DNA from: an uncultured delta proteobacterium
GTDB taxonomy: Bacteria; Desulfobacterota; Binatia; Binatales; Binataceae
Assembly (NCBI GenBank): GCA_963842085.1
Contig: CAWJET010000002.1
Location: forward strand, 928,001 to 992,000
Direction of reading: 5' to 3'
Length of the DNA stretch: 64,000 bases
Position numbers and translations under genes: made by a program. Each line of letters starts with the position of its first letter. The stretch's first letter is position 1. The notes beneath the pieces were generated by a model. That model searched no databases and had not been told where the DNA came from. It saw only the letters and a program-made list of their open reading frames with translations. This document shows positions 30,736 to 39,135 of the stretch, piece by piece.

Positions 30736-31623
30736 TCAATCCGCTGGTGCAACTCGCACCGTTAGCACGTGAGGTCCGCGGAAGTAGCGGTCGAACTCGC
30801 CGCCGACGTAGTTCCAATTGTCATTCGGATTGAACCACGCGTCCATCGTTGGCATGAAAGGCGCCAGCAGCAGACCAAAGGCTCCGAGATCGGGCCGCAT
30901 ATCGAGGCGCACGAGATTGCCGGGGTATAGTGCCCACCGCTCCGCTCTGTCAGGACGCGACGCCATGACGCTGAAAATTTCCGGCCCCGGCACGCATGCG
31001 AACGCATGAAATCGGATTTCACGAGCCCCTTGCCTTAGACTTCCTACCACCATCATCAGCTCAGATGCGCCCGCGAAGGAATCGGCTGGAACATCAAGCT
31101 GCGACTTGCGCACTTTGATCTTGCCCGACGCGTAGCTCGTGCATGAGCCGACGCCGGATCCGGTGTCGAGCGTGTCGACCATATGGAGCGTGCCGTCGGC
31201 GTTGAAAAACTCGTGCTCATAGGTGTCGAGCCTGGGCGTGAAATCCGGAGTGGCAAGGTGTAGCCGTTCGTCTTCACTGTCGCGCTCCCCATCAAGGTAT
31301 CTGGTCTCGGCCTTGATCTCTTCGCTCGAGTCGTTCCGCGAGACCGTGAACCGCGTAGATCCGATTACTTGCCTGCCATCGGCACTCAAGATCTTGAGCT
31401 GGACGCCGCCCAAGGCGAGGGCGCCGGCAGAACCGGCCTCCAGCGCGGTTGCGCTCGTGCCGGCCAGCGTAAGCGAAAACACGGCCAGCAGTATCGTTTC
31501 CAAAGTCCGGGTCCGAAGTACGCGGCGCAATCGATCGTCAAATGCCGTGATAAATTTCCGACGCGAATTGCGTGGCGGTCGAATTGCGCCGGGGCACCGA
31601 GTTTGCGGCGCGATGACGGGCAA
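30736..31623 (-). CDS. Hypothetical exported protein
   Basis: Hydrophobic signal-like segment ILLAVFSLTLAGTSATA followed by a beta-rich sequence; the true start is probably downstream of 31623. Confidence 0.6.
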   Translation of the reverse strand: MPVIAPQTRCPGAIRPPRNSRRKFITAFDDRLRRVLRTRTLETILLAVFSLTLAGTSATALEAGSAGALALGGVQLKILSADGRQVIGSTRFTVSRNDSSEEIKAETRYLDGERDSEDERLHLATPDFTPRLDTYEHEFFNADGTLHMVDTLDTGSGVGSCTSYASGKIKVRKSQLDVPADSFAGASELMMVVGSLRQGAREIRFHAFACVPGPEIFSVMASRPDRAERWALYPGNLVRLDMRPDLGAFGLLLAPFMPTMDAWFNPNDNWNYVGGEFDRYFRGPHVLTVRVAPAD

Positions 31624-32794
31624 TCAGCGCCTCCAGAATTTCCGGGATTTCGAACACCGCGCGGTTGTCGAATCTTTTTACCTTGGCGCGCAAGCGTTGG
31701 AGCTGCTCGCGATCAAGCATCGTCGACACCGCGCTCGCGATCTCCCGGAACGAGGGCAGCAGTACGCCGAAGCCATTTTGCGCGATCCAATCCGTGTTGA
31801 AACGCTCCTGCACCATCGTCCAGGCATTGCGCTCGACGATTACGGGCAGGCCCATAACCAGCGCCTCGCTGATGCTGCCCGGACCCGGCTTGCCGACAAA
31901 AAAATCCGCCAGCTTCATGAAGTAGGGAATTTCCTGGGTGAAGCCGACACAATGAACCGGATAGGGCAGCTTCATGCTTTCGATGTGCTCGCGCAGCTTG
32001 TCATTATGACCGCAAATGAAAATGAGCTGAGTCTTAAGTCGTGACCTTGCGATTCTTCTCGCGATGGTTGCCATCTGGCTTGAGCCGTAGCTGCCAAACA
32101 TGACGATGCCCGTCGGCAATTCGGGGTCGAGCCCCAGCCGGCTTCGCTCAGCTTCGCGGCTTAGCTCGATCGGCCTGTAGAACTCAGGACGAACGATCAT
32201 TCCCGAGGTGCGAAATACGCGCTCGCGGGCATGCCCCATCGCGATCGCCTGCTCAGCAGCCGTCGCAGTGCCGCAAATCAGGTACTGCTCCTGGCGTTCG
32301 ATCCAGAAGTGCGGCGGATAGTCGGCGAGGTCGGTAAGAATCGTGACCATCGGCGTCGCCGGCCGTTCCTGGGTCGCGTCGGCGATGCGCAGGCCTTCCA
32401 GGATGGCGTGATTGAAATTGGGGATCATCGAGACCACAAGGTCAGGCTGCGAGCGCTGCCAATGGCGCGCCAGCAACCTGATCATCGCCGGCTCGAATTG
32501 CCGGATCAGCATCTGCGTTATGCGCAGCAGCGGACCCGTGCCGACCGTAAGTCCGAATTTGAGTTGCGAGTTGTAGAAGTCCTCGACGCGAACTCCGGTC
32601 AGGCGCCGGATCACGTCGGCCGGTTCGAGCAGCTCGCGCAGGTTGACCAGCTTGATCTGCCACGAACGATGCTGTTGCCGTGCCGCCGACATCAGCGCCG
32701 TCGCCGAAGCGCGGTGTCCACCGCCGGCATCGAAGTAGATCAGATCGAAGTGCGCATCTTCGTGAGCAGTCGATTCGGGTCGATAAGTCGTCAC
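31538..32794 (-). CDS. MGDG-synthase/UgtP-like diacylglycerol glycosyltransferase (GT28)
   Basis: DAGGGHRASA, PDLVVSMIP, TILTD, ICGHN, GFTQEIPYFMKLADFFVGKPGPGSISEAL, QERFN; GTG overlaps the upstream TGA. Confidence 0.88.
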   Translation of the reverse strand: MTTYRPESTAHEDAHFDLIYFDAGGGHRASATALMSAARQQHRSWQIKLVNLRELLEPADVIRRLTGVRVEDFYNSQLKFGLTVGTGPLLRITQMLIRQFEPAMIRLLARHWQRSQPDLVVSMIPNFNHAILEGLRIADATQERPATPMVTILTDLADYPPHFWIERQEQYLICGTATAAEQAIAMGHARERVFRTSGMIVRPEFYRPIELSREAERSRLGLDPELPTGIVMFGSYGSSQMATIARRIARSRLKTQLIFICGHNDKLREHIESMKLPYPVHCVGFTQEIPYFMKLADFFVGKPGPGSISEALVMGLPVIVERNAWTMVQERFNTDWIAQNGFGVLLPSFREIASAVSTMLDREQLQRLRAKVKRFDNRAVFEIPEILEALIARHRAANSVPRRNSTATQFASEIYHGI

Positions 32795-33582
32795 GCGCTC
32801 ACTCCCTGCGAGAGCACTTCGAAGACCGGGCTGCTCCGCTGTGCCGCCCATCGGATGATCCGCAGCGCGCCATCCTGCTCTTCCACCACCGCGGATCGGT
32901 TGAGTACCCAATCGCCGTCGTTCACGTATTTGACGCTTCCGATAAATCTGTAATCCGTGCGATGGATATGTCCGCAGATCACGCCGTCGGCGCGATGGTC
33001 GCGGGCGGCAGCAAGCACCGCGCGATCGCGAAAGTCGGTGAGGAACTCGATCGCCTTGCGCGCCGAATCGCGGAAGTATCGGGCGAGCCCGCGGCTCTCT
33101 TCGCAGTCATCTTCGGAATGCCGGTTGTACCAATCGTGAAGCCGCTGCGTTCGCGCGTACGCCTGCGGTCCGATAATCGGGAACAGCCGATTCGGATTGA
33201 GCGAGCCGTCGAACTGATGCCCATGGATGACGAGCATCTTCGCGCCCTCGGCGGTCTTGTGCAGCAGAGAACTTATCGTCGGGAGGCGGCCGAACAGTTC
33301 TTCGACCAGACCGACTTTCGCCTCGTCGTGATTTCCCGGCAGGAAGACCACGTCGACGCCGCCGCGGCTCCAACGCACGACTTCATCGACGAGTTCCTGC
33401 TGCGCGGGACTCCAGTGCCACGACGGTCCCAGGTTCCATCCGTCCACGATGTCGCCGACCAGGTAGAGCGTCTCCGCGATGTGATTCCGTAAAAAGTCGA
33501 GCAGCGCCCTCGCCTTGCATGCGCGCGTCCCGAGATGAATATCCGAGATCCAGATCGTTCGGTAATATGTTCGTTGAACCAT
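32791..33582 (-). CDS. LpxH/PlcP-like calcineurin-type metallophosphoesterase
   Basis: WISDIHLGT, YLVGDIVDGW, PGNHD, IHGHQFD, ICGHIH, YVNDGDWV. Confidence 0.88.
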   Translation of the reverse strand: MVQRTYYRTIWISDIHLGTRACKARALLDFLRNHIAETLYLVGDIVDGWNLGPSWHWSPAQQELVDEVVRWSRGGVDVVFLPGNHDEAKVGLVEELFGRLPTISSLLHKTAEGAKMLVIHGHQFDGSLNPNRLFPIIGPQAYARTQRLHDWYNRHSEDDCEESRGLARYFRDSARKAIEFLTDFRDRAVLAAARDHRADGVICGHIHRTDYRFIGSVKYVNDGDWVLNRSAVVEEQDGALRIIRWAAQRSSPVFEVLSQGVSA

Positions 33583-33964
33583 GGCCCGCCCCTCCAACTT
33601 TGCCTCGTGAATTCACACGAGGGCCCCTGCCGCCTGCATCCAGCGATCCGCCGATCAGTTATTCCGTCAAATATGCAATCAGATTGGGTTCAGGATCACC
33701 ATATTGATTAGTTAACTGAGGCTGAAAAATAGAATAGCAAACAATGATAAGTGTGTTAGCAAGTTACTACTCATATATTAACGGAAGGCTACATACTCGA
33801 TCAGCTATTCCAAACTACGCGGCTCCTATCAGAATGACACCCATGGTCGCGCGCGCTGTTTTTCTGTCATCCTGACCGCAGCGAAGGATCGCGCGCGCGC
33901 CGGCACGCCTCTCGCCGGCGCCAACGTCGGTCATGCAAGTCTCTTCTTTTGTAGAGGAAAGCCC

Positions 33965-34042
33965 TGGCGTCCCCGACGGGATTTGAACCCGTGTTACCGA
34001 CGTGAAAGGCCGGTGTCCTAGGCCGAGCTAGACGACGGGGAC
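33965..34042 (-). tRNA. tRNA-Glu(UUC)
   Basis: GTCCCCGTCGTCTAGCTCGGCCTAGGACACCGGCCTTTCACGTCGGTAACACGGGTTCAAATCCCGTCGGGGACGCCA; TTC anticodon. Confidence 0.97.
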
Positions 34043-34161
34043 GTTAGGCACGGAGCCCGAAAATACGAACGCGCGCCATGCGCGCGCCTGACAGTCGAAA
34101 CTATCAGAGCCGCAAGAAGCGGGGCAAGTCGTCCCGCGCGGGCGGCCTGACTGCGCAAAGC

Positions 34162-35004
34162 TCATCCCGTGAAGTGGGCTTTGCCCACGATTTCAGACAC
34201 AGACTTGTGGCCGTGTTCGCCTAGCATCGAATCCAGCTCGCGATCGATTCGACCCAGCGCGCCCGCGCCTTCCTTCATTAGGGCCGAGCCGACCTGCACC
34301 GCCTTTGCCCCGGTCAGGTGCGCGACGTATGCGTCGCGGCCGGTGTTGATTCCGCCGACGGCCACCACGTCGAGCAGGTTTTCGCTTTCTTCGAAAAACG
34401 CGTGCGCCTGCGACAGCACACGCGGCGGCCCCTGCATTGCCCCGCCGGCGATGTCGATCGCGAGATCTTTCGGCAGATCGTTGGCGCATACCGCAATCGC
34501 GATGCGCATCGACTTGAGCAGGTCCGCGATTGCGCGTGGCTCGAACGGCACGCGCGGCAGCACTTTCACCGCCAGCACGCATCCGGTTTCGCCGCGAACT
34601 CTGCCGAGCAGCGATTTCAGGCGCTCGAAAGACGCAAACGGCGCCACCGATTTTGCCACGTATTCGTCCGCCAGGTTCAACTCCACGATGCTGACGCCGG
34701 CGCGCTCGAGCATGCTCGCGACGTCGATGAATTCCTCCTCGCTGGCGCCGACCACGCTGCCAACGACTTTCTTGCCGCGCGCACCAAGCTCGCGAGCGAT
34801 CGCCGCGAAGTGCTCGACGCCCCGATTCTTCAGGTTCTCCGGCAACTCGAGCCCGGCGCGATTGCACGACTTGAACACGATAGCGCCGCCATGCACCGCG
34901 CACAGCTCGTAGATCTCGCCGCGTTCGGCCGAGCGCGCTCCCGCCGCGTTCATCACCGACGACTGAAGCTCGACGCCGCCCAGTCGAATCGAAGTCCGTT
35001 CCAT
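34162..35004 (-). CDS. Dihydroorotate dehydrogenase (class 1)-like FMN TIM-barrel protein with an atypical active-site loop
   Basis: VMNAAG, GAIVFKS, VELNL, AVK, VGGINTGRDA..GAKAVQVGSAL; lacks SCPN. Confidence 0.8.
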   Translation of the reverse strand: MERTSIRLGGVELQSSVMNAAGARSAERGEIYELCAVHGGAIVFKSCNRAGLELPENLKNRGVEHFAAIARELGARGKKVVGSVVGASEEEFIDVASMLERAGVSIVELNLADEYVAKSVAPFASFERLKSLLGRVRGETGCVLAVKVLPRVPFEPRAIADLLKSMRIAIAVCANDLPKDLAIDIAGGAMQGPPRVLSQAHAFFEESENLLDVVAVGGINTGRDAYVAHLTGAKAVQVGSALMKEGAGALGRIDRELDSMLGEHGHKSVSEIVGKAHFTG

Positions 35005-35085
35005 GCCTACTTCCTACTGCGCGGGTTCGTCTCGCCGCAAGCGGCGGCGTTGTCTAACCAATCGGCTCCCGATAACTTCGACACG

Positions 35086-36066
35086 ATGACCGATACTCCC
35101 ATCTTGATCGCGGGCGCCGGCGCGATTGGCTCGATCATCGGCGGCATGCTGCGCGACGCGGGCCACGACGTCACGCTGCTCGGCCGCCGCGCTCATCTCG
35201 AGGCGATCGAGCGCGGCGGCTTAAGAATATCGGGATTGTTCGGCGAGCGAACCGTCACCGGCATGACGCTGGCCGACGCTCCCGCGAAACTGGGCAGGCG
35301 CTTCGGGCTGGTCCTCTGCGCCGTCAAGAGTTACGACACCGAATCGATCGCGGCGGCCCTGGCCGATCACCTGACGGACGACGGCGTGGTCGTCTCGATG
35401 CAAAATGGACTCGGCAACATCGAGTCGTTGAGCGAAGCGTTCGGACCGCGTCGCGTTCTCGGCGCGCGCGTGATCTTCGGCGCGGAAATGCCCTCGCCCG
35501 GCCGCGCCCACGTGACCGCCTTTGCGCAGCCGGTCGCGATCGGGCCCGCGCCGGCGCTTCATCGCGAGGACTCGGCGGCGCTCGCGACGCGCGCTCGCGC
35601 GATTGCAGCGATGCTCGACGCCGCCGGCGTTCCCACGGTCGGCGTCGACGACATCATGCCGGTGCTGTGGGCCAAGATTCTCTACAACGTGGCGCTCAAT
35701 CCGCTCGGCGCAATCCTGCAGCAGAGCTATGGCGCACTCGCCGGCGATCCGGACGTGCGGGCGATTATGGATCGCGCGATCGACGAGGCGTTCGCGGTTG
35801 CGCGCGCCCTCGGCGTCGCCCTCCCCTTTTCAAGCGCGGCGGAATATCGAAAAGTATTTTACGAGGATTTGCTCCCGCCGACCGCCAGTCATCGGCCGAC
35901 GATGCTGCACGACCTTCACGTTCGCGGGCGCACCGATATCGGCGCGCTGAACGGCAAGATCGTCGAGCTCGCCGATCGCCTCGGCCTCGACGCGGAGACG
36001 AATCGGATACTCACTCGGCTGGTCCGAGCCGCGGAACGCGTCACTGAAAAAGAGGAGAACCGTTGA
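35086..36066 (+). CDS. panE: 2-dehydropantoate 2-reductase (ApbA/PanE family)
   Basis: IAGAGAIG, AVKSYD, SMQNGLG, LWAKILYNVALNPL, TMLHDL..GRTDIGALNG. Confidence 0.88.
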   Translation: MTDTPILIAGAGAIGSIIGGMLRDAGHDVTLLGRRAHLEAIERGGLRISGLFGERTVTGMTLADAPAKLGRRFGLVLCAVKSYDTESIAAALADHLTDDGVVVSMQNGLGNIESLSEAFGPRRVLGARVIFGAEMPSPGRAHVTAFAQPVAIGPAPALHREDSAALATRARAIAAMLDAAGVPTVGVDDIMPVLWAKILYNVALNPLGAILQQSYGALAGDPDVRAIMDRAIDEAFAVARALGVALPFSSAAEYRKVFYEDLLPPTASHRPTMLHDLHVRGRTDIGALNGKIVELADRLGLDAETNRILTRLVRAAERVTEKEENR

Positions 36067-36539
36067 AGGCAGCATCGATACGCCGCGCGAGCATGGACGC
36101 GATCATCGCGCAGGCCGAGCGCGAGTACCCGTTCGAATGCTGCGGCTTCATCATCGGCGACAACGAAAACGCGGTCGAAGAGGTGCGCCCGATCGCCAAC
36201 ATCCAGAACCGGATGCACGCGAAGGATCCGGCTGCCTTCCCACGCGACGCGCGCACGGCGTTCCTGATGGAGCCGAAGGAGCATCTGGCGGTGATGAACG
36301 AAGTCGATCGCCGCAAGCTCGCGCTACGCGTCGTTTACCACTCGCATCCCGATCACGACGCATATTTTTCCCCGACCGACCGCGCGCAGGCGTGCTCATT
36401 CGATCCGTCGGAACCCGACTATGCCGACACCGTGTATATCGTGATGTCGATCCGCGCGGGCAAATTCGCCCGCGCCGCCGCCTTCGCCTGGGACTCCGAA
36501 AGAAAGGAGTTCGCTGAAACGCCGCTGACAATCAGTTGA
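36063..36539 (+). CDS. JAB/Mov34 (M67) metallopeptidase, Mec-like
   Basis: EYPFECCG..YHSHPDHDAYFSPTD JAMM motif. Confidence 0.9.
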   Translation: MKAASIRRASMDAIIAQAEREYPFECCGFIIGDNENAVEEVRPIANIQNRMHAKDPAAFPRDARTAFLMEPKEHLAVMNEVDRRKLALRVVYHSHPDHDAYFSPTDRAQACSFDPSEPDYADTVYIVMSIRAGKFARAAAFAWDSERKEFAETPLTIS

Positions 36540-36631
36540 TCCGGCTGCCGACAACCGGTCACTGAAATTGTGCGTGAAACGTCGCACGATCCGTGAAAAA
36601 CCCTTGTGCCTATTGAGGTTTAGGATCAAAA

Positions 36632-36647
36632 CGTTTCACGTGAAACG
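36632..36647. other. parS site (second copy)
   Basis: CGTTTCACGTGAAACG within the 24-bp perfect palindrome AAAACGTTTCACGTGAAACGTTTT (36628-36651). Confidence 0.88.
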
Positions 36648-36765
36648 TTTTAGTTCAGGAGAACAAAACGCGAAAGTTTTGGGATCGGGTCCGAGCACGC
36701 GATAATCCAGCGGCTTATAAGGGCTCTGAGAACATCCAACGAGCCGCCCAAGCTCAGGTTTAGGG

Positions 36766-36794
36766 TTGACGCCTGTCGCGCGACAGGCGATAAT
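36766..36794 (+). promoter_or_regulatory. higBA promoter with operator palindrome
   Basis: TTGACG-17bp-GATAAT; the spacer is covered by the perfect 20-bp palindrome CGCCTGTCGCGCGACAGGCG (36770-36789). Confidence 0.75.
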
Positions 36795-36803
36795 CGCCTT
36801 CAG

Positions 36804-37088
36804 ATGAGTATCCGCTCGATTCGTCATCGAGGTTTGAGGCGGTTGTACAAAAGCGATAATGGCCGGGATTTGCCGTCTTCAATGGTGGAGAAAATCTCCG
36901 ACATTCTGCTGGCGATCGACGAGGCGGCACGCCCGGATGAAGTTGGATTATTCCCAGGCTGGCGACTGCATCCGCTGAAGGGAGAACTGAAGGGGTTTTG
37001 GAGCGTGACCGTGAGCGGAAACTGGCGAGTCATCTTTCGGTTCGAGGAAGGTGACGCATTCGATCTTGATTTTGTCGATTATCATTGA
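36804..37088 (+). CDS. higB: HigB toxin (RelE superfamily)
   Basis: IRSIRHRGLRRLY..PGWRLHPLKGELKGFWSVTVSGNWRVIFRFEEGDAFDLDFVDYH. Confidence 0.93.
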   Translation: MSIRSIRHRGLRRLYKSDNGRDLPSSMVEKISDILLAIDEAARPDEVGLFPGWRLHPLKGELKGFWSVTVSGNWRVIFRFEEGDAFDLDFVDYH

Positions 37089-37108
37089 AGAAGGAGGCGT
37101 TGGGAATC

Positions 37109-37453
37109 ATGGCGATGAAGAATCCTCCGCATGTCGGCGGTTTAATTCGCCGCGAGGTGATCGAGGCTCTCGGATTGACAGTAACCGAGGCCGCGAAGGT
37201 TCTCGGTGTCGGGCGGCAGGCGCTTTCGAGCCTGCTGAATGGGAAAGCGGCGCTTACGAGCGAGATGGGCTTGCGGGTCGAGAAGGCATTCGGGCCGAAG
37301 ATGGAGCATCTGATGCGAATGCAGCTTGCATTCGATCTGGCTCAGGCCCGGAAGAATGAGCACGGGGTCCGAGTGAAACGATACGTCGCGAAGAGAGACG
37401 CGATCGTACGGGATGGTCCCGAAAAAAAGGCGCGCAGCGTATCCACGGCGTAG
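37109..37453 (+). CDS. higA: HigA antitoxin (HTH)
   Basis: MKNPPHVGGLIRREVIEALGLTVTEAAKVLGVGRQALSSLLNGKAALTSEMGLRVEKAFG..MRMQLAFDL. Confidence 0.93.
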   Translation: MAMKNPPHVGGLIRREVIEALGLTVTEAAKVLGVGRQALSSLLNGKAALTSEMGLRVEKAFGPKMEHLMRMQLAFDLAQARKNEHGVRVKRYVAKRDAIVRDGPEKKARSVSTA

Positions 37454-37492
37454 CTCTGCTGCCACTGGCCTCCAAGAGCTAGCGTAGCTTCA

Positions 37493-38040
37493 TCACTCGA
37501 AGGCCCTCTTGAAGGGGACGCGATGTAGAAGAAGCGAAAGTTTATCGTCGTGCGTCACGAAAACATCCGCGGCTGCGGCGGCGCAGACTGCGTGTTGTAG
37601 GTCGCGGGAGTCTGAAGCTTTCGGCGACTTCTTCTCGACTGCCGTTCGATAGATGAAAGACATCCCAGCGCCAACCATGGCTCGTACGCTGGGAATCTTC
37701 AAAAGATTGCTTAGCCCTCTCCACTTGCACTCTTCGGCCACACCATAAGACTGAGCGAACACATGAACAAAATCTTCCGCTCCGTCCTCGAAGCATTGAT
37801 CAAAGTCCGGGACCTCATTTGTTTCTTGGAAGTTTTCAAGAGTCCGTGCGAGATTCTCTGACGCCGTCCAGAAGAGCTCGCTTTTGCACCCAGTCCTCTC
37901 CGATGACCGCTTCCAGCTCTTTAGTGCTCAGCGGATTTTCAATAACGCGACCTATCACGTACCGAATTCTGGCTACGGTACGACCGTCCTCGAAGGCGGT
38001 ATTGCCCTCTCGCCATTGTAGGCGAAGTGTCTGATGTCGT
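37493..38040 (-). pseudogene. Degraded gene; the C-terminus resembles a PIN-like domain
   Basis: C-terminal frame SDSRDLQHAVCAAAAADVFVTHDDKLSLLL; upstream part broken; left/right limits approximate. Confidence 0.45.
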
Positions 38041-38075
38041 CTTCGAGGATGGCACAGATCGCGTCGGATGAAATA

Positions 38076-38167
38076 CTCGCTGGCAGAGACAGAATCCTGA
38101 ATCGCGCGAATAGCGCTGTAATCGGACCCTCACCTTTGATCCTCTCCCTGACAGGGAGAGGGGAAGA
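38076..38167 (+). repeat. REP-like hairpin repeat, copy B
   Basis: CTCGCTGGCAGAG..CCTGAATCGCGCG..GACCCTCACCTTTGATCCTCTCCCTGACAGGGAGAGGGGAAG. Confidence 0.75.
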
Positions 38168-38310
38168 AACGCGCAGCGGATTAGGGCGAAGATCTCCCTG
38201 GCAGGGCGAGGGGAAAGAAGGAGCCGGGATTCTTCGCCGCGGCGGCTCTGAATCACATCAAGAGAGGACGCGGACTGAACCGACGACAAAGAAGGGGAAC
38301 GAATCCAATC

Positions 38311-38853
38311 CTAGGGTATTTCTTCCGGGGTGGTCATGGCGTCGTTGATTTCGAACCACGAAACGGGGTCTCCGGTTTCGAGTTTTTTGATAACTCGCGT
38401 CGCTTTCCTCGCCTGAATATCGCAGAGCAGGGTAAGCCAGTTTTCATCTTCGCTTCCGAGGTTATTGTGCCACTTCTCATCGTCGAGCGCCTTAGCTTTC
38501 TGCAACTTATCGACTAACTGCGCCCTCAACTCTGGGGAAATATGCCTTGGCGGGACGAATAGCGCGTCGGTTACTTCCGATTGGGCGACATCCTCGTGTT
38601 CCTTCAAATCCTTTATTGCCGAATCCGCCTTGTCGGCTTGCGCAAGGTAGTCGCCTTCCGCGATGGGACCCAGGGAGACATCGTTTGCGTCCTCGAGATC
38701 GGTTTGCCTCGCTTGTTGTAGCTGCTCAATCACCTGCGCTCGCTCTTCAGGCGGCACGACTGCGAACTCTTCATTTGAGCACGATGAGAGAACGAGTAAT
38801 GAGAACGCGATCACCATCGATATGGGAATAAAATCGAAGGTGTGCGATCGCAT
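38311..38853 (-). CDS. Hypothetical lipoprotein with two ~70-aa internal repeats
   Basis: Lipobox-like LVLSSC; repeats PPEERAQVIEQLQQAR..D and SPELRAQLVDKLQKAK..D. Confidence 0.7.
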   Translation of the reverse strand: MRSHTFDFIPISMVIAFSLLVLSSCSNEEFAVVPPEERAQVIEQLQQARQTDLEDANDVSLGPIAEGDYLAQADKADSAIKDLKEHEDVAQSEVTDALFVPPRHISPELRAQLVDKLQKAKALDDEKWHNNLGSEDENWLTLLCDIQARKATRVIKKLETGDPVSWFEINDAMTTPEEIP

Positions 38854-38904
38854 GTTGTTAATCTAATCATTGCTCAGCGTTCCTGTTTCGACTGCGGAAA
38901 GGTC

Positions 38905-38999
38905 CTCGCTGGCAGAGGCGGACCTGAATCGCGCGCGAAGAGTGCGCGCTGAATAACGACCCTCACCTTCATCCTCTCCCTGACAGGGAGAGGGGAAGA
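38905..38999 (+). repeat. REP-like hairpin repeat, copy C
   Basis: CTCGCTGGCAGAG..CCTGAATCGCGCG..GACCCTCACCTTCATCCTCTCCCTGACAGGGAGAGGGGAAG. Confidence 0.75.
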
Positions 39000-39135
39000 G
39001 GGGCGCGGTGGGTTATGCGGGCTGAGCAAGCATAAAAGGATCTCGGAAGGGCAGAAACACTCGGGAAAGATCCGGGATTCTAACGGGCCTGCAGCCCTTC
39101 AGAATGACAAAAGCGGATTAATGAACAAGAGCGGA

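Noticed and set aside
33830-33900. GTCATCCTGA..GAAGGATC hairpin-like segment, similar to 39066-39110
   Set aside because: Probably degenerate members of another REP-like family, but too short and diverged to define boundaries confidently.
34318-35085. Long N-terminal extension of the panE ORF (582 aa)
   Set aside because: Overlaps the opposite-strand DHODH-like gene; the Rossmann motif begins right after ATG 35086. The same logic applies to the extensions of the murG, murD and MFS (40728) ORFs.
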